Assembly (NCBI GenBank): GCA_951406725.2 | Contig: OX597829.1 | Span: forward strand, 28,396,001-28,460,000 | Direction: 5' to 3' | Source of the DNA: Octopus vulgaris | Lineage: Eukaryota | DNA length: 64,000 nt | Shown here: piece by piece, positions 49,905 to 63,559 of the stretch | Position numbering within the stretch: the stretch's first letter is position 1 | Layout of the letters: each line of letters opens with the position of its first letter | Translations under genes and position numbers: made by a program | Notes under the pieces: generated by a model | Databases searched by the model: none | Seen by the model: the letters and a program-made list of their open reading frames with translations, nothing else | What the model was told of the DNA's origin: nothing

Positions 49905-50290
49905 CTCTTTACTCTTTTACTTGTTTTAGTCATTTGACTGCGGCCATGCTCAAGCACTGCCTTTAGTTAAGCAAATCGACCCCAGGACTTATTCTTTGTA
50001 AACCTAGTACTTACTCTATCAGTCTCTTTTGCTGAACCGCTAAGTTATGGGGACGTAAACACACCAGCATCGGTTGTCAAGCGATGTTGGGGGGACAAAC
50101 ACAGACACACAAACACACACACACATACGACGGGCTTCTGTCAGTTTCCGTCTACCAAATCCACTCACAAGGCTTTGGTCAGCCCGAGGCTATAATAGAA
50201 GACACTTGCCCAAGATGCCACAGAGTGAGAATGAACCCAGAACAATGTGGTTGGTAAGCAAGCTACTTACCACACAGCCACTCCTGCGCT
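49905..50290 (-). mobile_element. SINE family A
   Basis: Reverse complement of 22898-23302. Confidence 0.85.
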
Positions 50291-50302
50291 TATGATAGAA
50301 AG

Positions 50303-50422
50303 ACATTTACAGCACCTAGGTTTCCCAAACGGCCACCCATCTAAGTACTAACTAGGCTCGACATTGCTTAACTTCGGTGATCAGAAGAGAACTGGTACTT
50401 TCAACGTGATATGGCCATACAA
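50303..50422 (-). pseudogene. Dispersed full-length 5S rRNA copy (probable pseudogene)
   Basis: Minus strand tatggccatatcacgttgaaagtaccagttctcttctgatcaccgaagttaagcaatgtcgagcctagttagtacttagatgggtggccgtttgggaaacctaggtgctgtaa follows metazoan 5S over ~120 nt. Several changes look like CpG decay; no T4 terminator follows. Confidence 0.85.
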
Positions 50423-51431
50423 TGCCACAAAAGCTTGCACTCACAAACACACAAACACACACACACACAAACATACACACGCTTGCACATGCACATGCAC
50501 ACACATGCTTGCACATGCACATGCACACGCACACAAACACACATACATGTTCTTTTTCATAGAATCCGCACTTTGAGCACACTTCCTTTCTCACATTCTC
50601 ACTCAAATCCCTATGAAATATGGATATAGAATTTGGAAACTTGAAAACAGACTGATCTGGAGTAATGAAGACATATGACTGATGAGGTTGCAAGCTGATT
50701 GATTGTTGAATTGACTGAATGATTAATCAAATTATTATTATTATTATTATTATTAAAGTGGCAAACTGACAGAATCCTTAGCATGTCTGACAAAATGCTT
50801 AGTGGAATTTCATCCATCTTTATCTTCAGAGTTCAAAATCTGCAGAGGTTGACTTCACCTTTCATCCTTTCAGGGTTGATGAAATGAGTACTAGTTGAAC
50901 ACTGGTGCTGATGTAATCAACTTATCCCCTCCCCTGAAATTGCTGGCCTTGTACCAAAGTCTAAAACCATTATTGACATAATGACCCTCCTGTGATAAAA
51001 GAAATTCTGTTCCAACACATGATTTCATATCAGGAATCTTGGAAAACAAATACAAAAATACTGTAAATTATCATAAGCAAGAGTGAATGAGATTGTGTGA
51101 TATGCATGCCTTTCTCTAAGCAATTATGCATAATTTTTAAGTAATAGGGGATTGGCTTCAAAGTGTATCTTTTATTTTTCAGCTGTTATTAGTTTCAGTT
51201 GTTAGACTGCGGCCATACTGGGGCACTGCCTTGAAGAATTTTTGTCAAACAAATCAATCCCAGCATTTATTTTCTTTTTAAACCTGGTACTTATTCTATT
51301 AGTAACTCATGCTGAACTGCTAAGTTACAGGGATGTAAACACATCAACACTAGTTGTCAGGCAATGATGGTGGTGGTGGGGACAAACACAGGCACAAAAG
51401 CATACATACACACAAACACACACACACACAC

Positions 51432-51481
<50 letters not shown>

Positions 51482-51484
51482 TAT

Positions 51485-51852
51485 ATAAGCAACAAGGATA
51501 TCCAGAGGTAATGCAGTACGATCATTTCATGCGACTCCATTTAATTGAACAATGCAAACATTACATCAATTTAAAATGTAGAGCAATCTTCAGCTGCATA
51601 AAAATATAGAATTTAGTTTATATATTTTTATGCAGCTGAAGATTGTTCTACATTTTAAATTGATGTAATATTTGCATTGTTCAATTAAATGGAGTCGCAT
51701 GAAACGATCGTATTGCATTACCTCTGGATATCCTTGTTGCTTATTTTGAATATAATCACCCCCATTTTAAGTTATATGGATAATACCATTCTAAATTCTG
51801 GTGCCTTCAACTTAAGTACCATATTTATCTGAATCTAAATTTTACTGAACTT
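51485..51852. mobile_element. Family C Penelope-like foldback element with two hammerheads, inside the internal (TA)n of a minus-strand SINE A (51170-52010)
   Basis: Arms 51485-51608 and 51621-51744, plus a one-sided tail to 51852. Confidence 0.8.
51630..51718 (+). ncRNA. Type-I hammerhead ribozyme motif with long stem II; predicted cleavage after GUA at 51712
   Basis: atgcag-CTGAAGA-[58 nt hairpin]-GAAAC-gatc-GTA-ttgcat; mirror copy on the minus strand at 51511-51599. Confidence 0.7.
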
Positions 51853-52764
51853 ATATATATATGTATACAATGGGCTTCTTTCAGCTTCTGTGTAACAAAT
51901 CCTCTCCTGAGGCTTTGGTTAGTCCAAGGCTACAGTAGAAGACACTTGCCCAAGGTGCCATGCAGTGGGACAGAACCTGAAGCCACGTGGTTGGGAAGCA
52001 AGCTATGTACCATAGAACTGTAGAATTGGCTCTCCAAGAATTTATTTATGTTTTTGGTCTACAGTGTGACACAGTATTGGAATATTTTACTAAGACTGAA
52101 GGTTTCTGATGTCGGGAAGATAATTTAACTAAATAGATGCATGTGATATAATTGAGTAATTTGAATAAGTTCGTTACAGTCATGGTTGCTGTAATTAAAG
52201 TCGTTGTTGTTGTCGTTGCTATAGAAGGCCGCCCTCCTCCTCCTCCTCCTCCTCCTCCACACCACCGCCACTATCATTATCATTACATACATATATATCC
52301 CCTCAATGTATCTATCTACAGATGTATAACTAAATGATGATGACGATGATGATGATGATGATAATGATGGTGATAGTGATGGTGGTAGTGGTTGTATTAG
52401 TGGTGGTGGTGGTGGCAGCAGCAGCACTGGTGGTGTTGGTGTTGGTAGTGGTAATGATGAACATTGAAACATTAGTTTATATAATATATAATGTATATGC
52501 GTGTGTATGTGAGTGTATGTTGTGAATATATGTATGTGTGTATGTATGTGTGTATGTATATATGTATATATGTGTGTGTATATATATACACATACATAAA
52601 TACACATATAATACATACACTCATATATATACAGACAGACATACATTATATACATGCATACAGACACACATACATTATATACATGCATAATATATAATGT
52701 ATATGCATGTGTATTTGAGTGTATGTTGTGAGTATATGCATGTGTGTATGTATGTGTGTATGGG

Positions 52765-52829
<65 letters not shown>

Positions 52830-52968
52830 ACATACACACACATAAATACACATATATACATGCACTCATATATATACAGACAGATACACATTATACACAT
52901 GCATAATATATAATATATATGCATGTGTATTTGAGTGTATGTTGTGAGTATATGCATGTGTGTATGTG

Positions 52969-52999
<31 letters not shown>

Positions 53000-54132
53000 A
53001 TACTCACACATAAATACACATATATACATATACTCATATTTATATACAGACAGACATACATTATATACATGCATACATCCTTAAGAACACATTCACACAC
53101 ACACACACATAACATATATATAACTAGTGTTTTCCTTACTGACATTGCTTGTATTTGCAATGAGAGATATTAAAGCGAGAAAAGAAAGAAAATAGCTAGA
53201 AGAAAGGATTTAATTGGACATAGTCATTTGGTTCCCCAAATGTAATACCCAAATTTTAAAAATAATAGCTGTGAAAAATTCACTACAATTTCCTGTGACA
53301 ATGTCCTGCAGAAAGGACAAACTAATAGCCATTAATTAACATTCTTTTATTCATGGAAGTGTGAAGAGTAAACGATCACACATAAGCAAATATATATATA
53401 TATATATATTGTGTCACTTTAAGACATACAAAAATGATCCCAACCCTTTTGAATGAGCACATGAATATTATGATAAACATTGATTGACTGGTACAGTATA
53501 TAGTGTACAGACATGGCTGAAAATGTGTGTGGGATGAGAAACTGATTGAATGAGGGCAGAAATGTTGCCAGCCAGAAGGGAATTTAGAAAACACTGAGAG
53601 AAATTTGAACGAATGCCAGACAAATGGGGTTTAGCTAGAAGATCCAGTGAAAAATTTTTATCAACTGTTTTGCTGATGATAAGAACAGAAGAAGCTGCAT
53701 GAAAGGATAAAAAAAAAATTAAGATTCATTTGGGAAAGATGAGGGCAAAGGAGGGAGGTAAGAGGCAAGTATTTGGAAATATCAAAAGGGAATGTTAACC
53801 AAGTAATTTGAAAAAAGAGTAAAGAAGCTGTTTATTGATCAATGATTATTTTTTTTTATGTAGATATGTTAGCAACACACTAATACAACCCTTCCAATAC
53901 ACATACACAAGCACATAGATATACATATGAACGTAGAAATGTACAATTGCATAAATTCATGCATATATATATATACACACATACATATGTAGATATATAC
54001 ACCTATAGACATAAACATGCATATGGATCTTTGAGAAATATATAAGTAATGAATCATATATATGTGCATGTACGTATATAAGTATATATGTATCTGTGTA
54101 TACATGCGCCAATGTGTGTGGATGTGTGTGTG

Positions 54133-54213
<81 letters not shown>

Positions 54214-54914
54214 AATACCATATGATAATACATACATGATTCTTACATACGTATACAATACATATATATAGAGAGAGACACACACATAATATATGTCTAT
54301 GCATGTAGGTATGCATACAGAAATGTATATACATACATACATATATATACATGTATGTATATGTGTACACACACCCACTAACAGATTTCTATATCTACAT
54401 ATATACATACATATATCTATTATCTATATACACACACATATATATATTAATACATATGAATATTGATGCACATGCATACAGATACATGTGAGTATATATG
54501 TATATCTGTATTATTGAAAATGTAATATGTACATATATACACCCACACATAGACACAGACAAGCCAACATACACGCCGACAGACACAAATACACATACAC
54601 ACACACATATATAAATATGTATGTGTAAAAGTGTGTATATTTATGTATGTACATATATGTGTGTGTTTGCGTGTATGAATATGTATTTTAACAAAATATA
54701 CATTTTTTTTACCTCTCACTAGTACACCCCACCCACTTTCCAACACCCAATTTCATTCCACCCTTCTCCTTCCCCTCACAATTTTCATGCTTATCTTTCT
54801 AATACTTCCTCTCTTCCCCACCCCATCTTTATATCCCACACTCTCTCATGGTCTCATTTATTCACACACCTACATACAAGCATACATTCTTAAATACATA
54901 GATAAAAAGATACA

Positions 54915-55180
54915 TACGTACATACATACATACATACATACATACATACATGCATGCATGCATACATACATACATACATGCATACATACATACATACATA
55001 CATACATATACATACATACATACATACATACATACATACATACATACATACATACATACATACATACATACATACATACATACATACATACATACATACA
55101 TACATACATACATACATACGTACATACATACATACATACATACATACATACATACATACATACATACATACATACATACA

Positions 55181-55213
<33 letters not shown>

Positions 55214-55250
55214 GCATACATACATACATACATGCATATATACATACATA
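54915..55250. repeat. (TACA)n microsatellite
   Basis: Direct reading. Confidence 0.95.
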
Positions 55251-55845
55251 TATACACACACACATTTGTATGCATATTCATATGCACACACATATATTCA
55301 TGTACATACATATATTACACACACACACACACACATATACATACACATTAATATAGAAGAACGGATGTTAAAGGAATATATGTACATTCATACGCATTTA
55401 TATATGTATGCCTGGGTGAGCATATGTGGGTGTTTCAAGCGAGGGTGGATGAGTATATACATATAGGCACATGTACGTGGGTGTGCAGGCATGCATGTGT
55501 ATGCATGGACATGCGTGCTTACACGATTGCTATGAACATTTTTACTCCCTTACCTTTACTCTCTCCCCTCACTTAGCGGTCATTCAAATAGCTCTTTTGT
55601 CTTAATAACGGTCAATCACACAGTAATTTCCCTTTGTTTAATGGTCATTTCCATAGCATTTTTTCCAATTGCCAGATAACTGAAGAGATGGCGGCATGGG
55701 TTTCCACCTCGACATCCGAAACTCGGAGTTTTATCATGGCTACCAAATAATTGTCACATATTATATTTAGAGATGAATTCTTCTATTTACATAATGTCGA
55801 GGTCTCTTTCATTCTTTTGTTGTCTTACCTTTCCTATGAATAATG

Positions 55846-55885
<40 letters not shown>

Positions 55886-55887
<2 letters not shown>

Positions 55888-56210
55888 TAAATGAAAGAAT
55901 GGAGTTGAACGACGAATTAACAAAATTCCTTTATTTTCGACATATGTTTCGACATATGTTTCCTTCGAAATTAGGAATATGCAGCCTTCGAAACATATGT
56001 CGAAAATAAAGGAATTTTGTTAATTCGTCGTTCAACTCCATTCTTTCATTTATTTGTATTTAAAAAAACACACAAATTTCCACACGATAGCACATGATCT
56101 CCGCCCTAGGCATGTAGCTTCAACCGTGTTTTTCTGACGTGAATTTGCTACCCAGGTATCGGTTAACCGAATTATCCATAATAAGATAATTCATTCAACT
56201 ACTCAATTAT
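55886..56210. mobile_element. Penelope-like foldback element retaining the 3' half of a hammerhead (GAAACATATGTC)
   Basis: Arms 55886-55952 and 55988-56054 plus one-sided tail; (TA)n on both sides. Confidence 0.65.
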
Positions 56211-56409
56211 ATATATATATATGTGTATTTTTGTATATATGTATATATAGATATGTATGTCTGTATGTATATGTGTATGTATATAAACTATATATATATA
56301 TATATATACAAATTTATATATATGTATGCATATATATATATAAGGTATATATTTATGTGTGTGTGTGTATATACATACATACATACATACATATATATAT
56401 ATATATATC

Positions 56410-56440
<31 letters not shown>

Positions 56441-56444
56441 AAAA

Positions 56445-56920
56445 AATGGAGTTAACGCAGGTGTAAACAAATATTTTTACTTTCGACACGTTTCGAAAAT
56501 TCTACTGATACTATTCAAAAGAATAAATGGTATAAACAATGCAATCTTCTCTTCGGGAAAGTGAAAAAAACGAAACTCGTCAATACGACATTTTAGCAAA
56601 AAATGATGGATTTGTATAGCGATAGACAGAACGCTATTAATATTGTTTAAAAAAACGTTATATGATATAACGTCATAAGTAGCTAACAGAAAGAGTAGGG
56701 ATATTAATAGTGAATGTTAAATATAAAGGAAATTAAAGTTTAAATTATACATAATGATAGAGACTACTTATATGCACTAAATGTATGTTTTTGCCAATGC
56801 TTACATCTGTATGCTCGCTCTATAACCATGTTTACTAGAGTATTTTTAGAAAAAATAATGAAAAATAGCTCAGAATTGCAGAGAAGACAGAATTTCTTGC
56901 CTTTGTCATATGGTATCGAA
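56445..56920 (-). mobile_element. Penelope-like element 3' end: endonuclease C-terminus, 3' UTR and hammerhead
   Basis: PYDKGKKFCLLCNSELFFII...LVN...E....CKH..KH* fits the C..C..E...I...LN..E...CRH..K C-terminus of Penelope GIY-YIG domains. Confidence 0.75.
56474..56567 (-). ncRNA. Type-I hammerhead motif; predicted cleavage after GUC
   Basis: ttttcactttc-CCGAAGA-gaagatt..aattttc-GAAAC-gt-GTC-gaaagtaaaaa; stem I 10/11 bp, stem II base 7 bp; U4 replaced by C. Confidence 0.7.
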
Positions 56921-56994
56921 ATTATGTATATATATAATGTGTACATATGTAAGAATGTATGTATGCATGTATTATTATATGATATTTCTGATAA

Positions 56995-57025
<31 letters not shown>

Positions 57026-57069
57026 GGATGTATATATGTATGTTATATGTATGTATGTATGTATGTATG

Positions 57070-57247
<178 letters not shown>

Positions 57248-57373
57248 TTTAATTGGCAAAAGTTACAAAGTTAATCAAAAGTTTTGTGCAAGAAGCTTGT
57301 TTCCCATTCCGAAACACATAGTTCTGGGTTCAGTCCCTCTATGTAGCACCTGTGGTAATTGTCTTCTGCTATG

Positions 57374-57900
57374 TATAATGGGTTGGCAACTAAATTCTTG
57401 CCATTTAAAAAAATTTTGGAATTTATTGTGTTTTTGAAATTTTGGAATCTATTTTTTCGAGAATTCTATTTTTGAATCATTTAGGAATCTATTTTATATT
57501 TTTCTAGTTAATTTTAGTTAATTTTTGTTTATTTTCAGATCATTAAAATGGAATGTCAAGTTAAGAAAAATGGGCATTTTCAACACCTTCTTTTTGCTTT
57601 TAATCAAGGTTCTAAGGCTGCAAAAGCTACTCGCAACATTTGTGCTGTGTACGGAGAGGGTGCCATAGCTGAAAGAACCGCTCGTGATTGGTATGCCAAG
57701 TTCAAAAATGGAAATTTTGACCTCAAAGACGCACCTCGTTTTGGCCGTCCAGTTGAGTTTGATGAAGAGTGATTAAACCAACATTTGTATGAAAATCCTC
57801 ATCAAACGACAAGGGAACTGGCAGAGAAAATGGAATGCTCCCAAAATGCTATAGAGAAGCATCTTTGCTTGATGGGAAAGTTTCAAAAGTATGGATCATG
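57374..57900 (+). mobile_element. Mariner 5' fragment (TIR and HTH region)
   Basis: AAKATRNICAVYGEGAI..RTARDWYAKFKNGNFDLKDAPR.GRP; stop after DEE. Confidence 0.85.
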
Positions 57901-58134
57901 CAGGAACCAGCATGAAGCAGTGGAGCAAAGTTGGACATTTCAGTTATTGATATATTAATTCAATAGGCAACTACAAACTCTCCATATATCTGTTCTCCCA
58001 TCATGGAGCATAAGTGGTGGTAGAAAATTCTTGAGCATAATAGCATTAAGATTGAACCTGTGACCTCATCACTCTGAAGTGAACTTCTGAATCACTTAGT
58101 AATACCTGTACATGTATGTATGTATGTATGTATA

Positions 58135-58316
<182 letters not shown>

Positions 58317-58819
58317 GTGTATAAACATCACACACACACACATGCACACACACATGCACACACACATGCACACACACATGCACACACACAAACACACACA
58401 CACACACACACATGTATTCACATATGAATACATGTGAACATGCATGCATGCATACATACATACACATATAAATAAATATACACATACATACATACATATA
58501 TACGTATAACATACATATATACATGCATAAATATATATATATATATTTATCAGAAATATCATATAATAATACATGCATACATACATTCTTACATATGTAC
58601 ACATTATATATATACATACATACATGCATACATATATACATATATACATACATATATGACATACATACATGACATACATACATATATAAACAGAAATATT
58701 TCTAAAATGAAGTTACATGTTAATAGAAAGGACAAGCCATGACCTGTGGCTGCCAGTCTGAAAAAAAAAATGTTAGATTCCCCCAATTCATGAACAATTA
58801 ACAATTTCCTTCTTTAGCA

Positions 58820-58876
58820 CCCACCACCACCACCACCACCACCACCACCAAAACCACCACCACCACCACCACCACC

Positions 58877-58974
<98 letters not shown>

Positions 58975-59049
58975 CACCACCACCACCGCCATCACCACCG
59001 CCACCACCACCACCACCACCACCGCCGCCACCACCACTACCACCACCAC
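58820..59049. repeat. (CAC)n(TAC)n(CAC)n trinucleotide array
   Basis: Direct reading. Confidence 0.95.
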
Positions 59050-59212
59050 AGCCAGTGTTTTAGGTTTCATCTGCTATTTAAGACAGACATCCTGTGAGGT
59101 GGGATTTACACACCACATATGACATTCTTATGTATATACATGCATATATTCATATATACATACATACTTCTATACACTTACACATTCACTCACACACACA
59201 CGCACACACACA

Positions 59213-59266
<54 letters not shown>

Positions 59267-59588
59267 GTTATTTTTTTTCATATACATGCATGCACAGACA
59301 CACATACATGTTCACAAGTACAAAAAAGATGGTGGAATACCAATAGTTGAATACTTGAATAAAATATTGAGTTTTATGGATGATATTTATTGATGGTGAA
59401 TTATATGTAACTCTGAATAGCAGTTAGGATAAGTTTTTCAACTTAAATAAAACTGAACACATTTATACATACATATATACAGTATGTAGTGTATGTATAT
59501 TTATATGTGTGTGTGTGTGTGTGTATGTGTGTGTATACACATGTGCCTGGATATAAATACATACATACATATATACACACACACATGC

Positions 59589-59646
<58 letters not shown>

Positions 59647-59649
59647 CGA

Positions 59650-60030
59650 GAGTCACACAAATGCTAGAATTGGGCGCCACTGCATAGTGCCAAGGACTCC
59701 AAATTTGCCATCAAGATGTAGGACAAGATACTGTGATAGCCTGGGCTTCAGAGGCCCACAGCTCTTCAATATCCTCCCGAAGAACCTAAGAGACCTGCAT
59801 GGGGTGGATGCAGATGTCTTTAAAATAAAACTGGATCTCTTCCTGTCAGGTGTCCCAGATGAACCAACTTCACGGCAGGAGGTGCAGATGAGGGGAGCTG
59901 CATCGAACTCTCTCATGCACCAGATGGCAATTGCTAAAAAGCATTTGTGAAGTAAAATCATGTAGCAACACCAAATGGCGGTGCCCCACCATGGCCACAG
60001 CTCATGAGCTGAAACTAGATAAGATAAGAT
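59650..60030 (+). mobile_element. CR1-group LINE 3' end (second family)
   Basis: SLGFRGPQLFNILPKNLR..FKIKLDLFLSGVPDEP..* followed by a short UTR and (AGATA)n tail. Confidence 0.75.
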
Positions 60031-60112
60031 ATACATGTATGTATGAATGCATGTGTATCGTTGGCGATTTTCTTTCTCCGTCTTCCCTTCCTTGGACCTT
60101 TCCTTTTTCGAT

Positions 60113-60147
60113 GTTTCTGATGAAGAGCTCCGCTCGAAATGTTAAAT
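60113..60147 (+). ncRNA. Minimal hammerhead-like motif (family B)
   Basis: gttt-CTGATGA-a-gagc(tcc)gctc-GAAAT-GTT-aaat within a repeat at ~60060-60245. Confidence 0.65.
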
Positions 60148-60242
60148 CCTCGTTCTTTCTTTCCTTTTCTGAGCGTCCAATAACATTATACTTGTTCTAC
60201 GACCTCGCGTTGTGTTTTCTCTTTGTTCATGTTTGGATTAAT

Positions 60243-60315
<73 letters not shown>

Positions 60316-60431
60316 GTATATATATTGATATGCATATGTATATATACATATATATGCATGCATACATACATACATGTGTACATACATACAGACAGACAGG
60401 TATATACACATACACATGTACATATGTATAT

Positions 60432-61295
60432 ACAGTGTGCAATGGGTAAATTGCTGCCATTGTATATTTTTAATTTTGCACCTTCACATTGTTTGCTTTT
60501 GATTTTGTTGACTACACAGTTTAGTAGGGTCTGTAAGAAAAACAGCACCGTGACTCAATTCACTCTGCCAGAAATTTGGAAATGACAGGCTGTACTGCTT
60601 GGCATTCACACTTGGAAGCTCCAATATGAGCATTTCAGAGTGTTTGGGTGTCAATCTGAGGACATATACTGAGAATGATAAAAATCAAACATCCAGTCAG
60701 CATCCTGGTGTTTAGAGTGATCACTAGTGATACCAACGTTATGTCTCCATTCATTTTCCCACATGGCCTCAAACTTAACACAGACGCCTTCATCAAGTGT
60801 CTGGAGGAGGTAGTGCTGCTCTGGGTCAAGAGGATGGCTGCTGGAAGACACTATGTCTGGCAACAGGACTCTGTGCCATTCCATACAAGCAGGAGAACCT
60901 AGTCATGGCTGTCAGACAATTTCTGTGACAACATCATCCCTAACATCGGCCACCAAACCCCCACAGACTGCAACCCCACTTGATTATTATGTGTGGGGTG
61001 CAGTTGAATGAGAGACAAGCAAAACTCCTTGTAATACCAAAGATGAACTGAAGACAAAAGATTATGGCAGCATTCACCAGCTTAAAAAGGAGACCATCCT
61101 GGAGAGTTGCAGGAGATTCTGAAGTCATCTGGAAGCCATAGTTGAAGCCAATGGCGATCTTATTGAATATATTTACTCATTAGTATTTCAAGATATTTTT
61201 ATGTAATTTTGATAAATATATCTGTTAAAATGAGATATCAGTGTTATTTTCATTTTTGTGTAATTTAGATGACAATTTATTCACCACAACCTGTA
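60432..61295 (+). mobile_element. Tc1/mariner (maT/DD37D-like) deleted element
   Basis: TA|cag..ctg|TA termini; KHPVSILVF..YVWQQDSVP.HTSR..DCNPLDYYVWGAVE. Confidence 0.75.
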
Positions 61296-61727
61296 TATAT
61301 ATCATCATCATCATCATCGTTTAACATCCGCTTTCCATGCTAGCAAGGGTTGGACGATTTTGACTGAGGGCTGGCGAACCAGATGGCTGCACCGGGCTCT
61401 AATCTTGATCTGGCAGAGTTTCTACAGCTGGATGCCCTTCCTAACACCAACCACTCCGAGAGTGTAGTGGGTGCTTTTTATGTGCCACCGGTATGGGGGC
61501 CAATTAGGCAATACTGGCAATGACCTCACTCAAATCTTTTTACACATACTACTGGCACAGGTGCTGGTAACAATCACGCTCGAATGGTGCCCTTTTATGT
61601 ACCACATGTATGTAAGTATATATATATATAACGGGAAGGTTTACGAAAATAAACAAAAGACGAAGGCAGGTGGAGTACAAACAAACAATTGTATTAGTAT
61701 GGCACTCAGGAATAGAAATAGAACAAG

Positions 61728-61765
61728 TCTTTTACATTTCGAGCCTACGCTCTTCGACAGAAAGA
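61728..61765 (-). ncRNA. Hammerhead-like motif (family B relative, core variant CUGUCGA)
   Basis: tcttt-CTGTCGA-a-gagc(gtag)gctc-GAAAT-GTA-aaaga; perfect 5 bp stem I. Confidence 0.55.
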
Positions 61766-62787
61766 TACACAGAAAAGAAACAAGGAGAGAAAAAAAATGC
61801 GTGGAGGAGCTAACGATTCAACATGATATACATACACACACACACATATATACACACACACACACTCACATATGTGTATATATATACATGTGTGTGTGTG
61901 TGTATATATGTATGTATGTGTGTATGTGTGTATGCTTGTACATATGCATGTATGTATGTATATGTAGACACACAAATCTATATTAAATAATTACAACTCT
62001 GTTATCAGTTTTGATATCAAGTATTCACATTTTATTTTGACTGGATTAATTACACATTGAATTGTAGTGTAGTTGGCTGAGTATACCACAGATACATGCA
62101 CCCTAAATATAATTACTCAAGCAGAATCGACTTGATATTATATATGACATGGCTGGTCACTTCAATTATCGTTATGGTCAAGCCAGCGCTGGGTCAACCA
62201 TTAAGCAAAATAAGTACATGCTTAGGGCATCAATGGAAGGCAGGGGCAGCACAGAAATGGTAAATGGTTTATTGTAGAAAAGAAATAACCTTAACATTGC
62301 TAAGATATTATTCAAACTGGATTACATAATCAGAAATATAATTTTGGAATGTTCATGGTGTGATAGTGAAGATTTGGTCAAAGACTTTGCAATTGAAATG
62401 AAGGAGAAAAAATTTCAAATACAAATGAAGTGGAAGAATACAAAAATAAACCTCATTTCCCATTTTACAGTTAGTTTTGCTTCATTTTAAAAATTAAAAT
62501 TTATTTTATCATTTATTATTATTTATATTTTGAATGACATGAATATGGAGGCACCAAATTCCTTTAAGTGCTTAGGATCTCTGTGGATATTAATCTGGCA
62601 CTGAGTTGATTCAACAGGCTTCAACATAGTGAGATTTGATCCCAAAACTTCTGATTGTGAAATGAAATTAGTAAACTCAGTTATGCCTGTGTCCAGGTTT
62701 GTACATATTTATACACATCCATACATAGATGATGGGTCAAAATGATTATAGTGGTTCTGAATAAAGTGTCTCATATATTTATATATA

Positions 62788-63299
<512 letters not shown>

Positions 63300-63319
63300 A
63301 TGTATATATATATATATAT

Positions 63320-63401
<82 letters not shown>

Positions 63402-63443
63402 TATATATAGATGGATGGATATAATATATATATATATATATAT

Positions 63444-63474
<31 letters not shown>

Positions 63475-63559
63475 TATATATATATATATATATACATATA
63501 TAATACATATATGTATATATATACGCATACATACACATGCACACATATGCATATATGTA

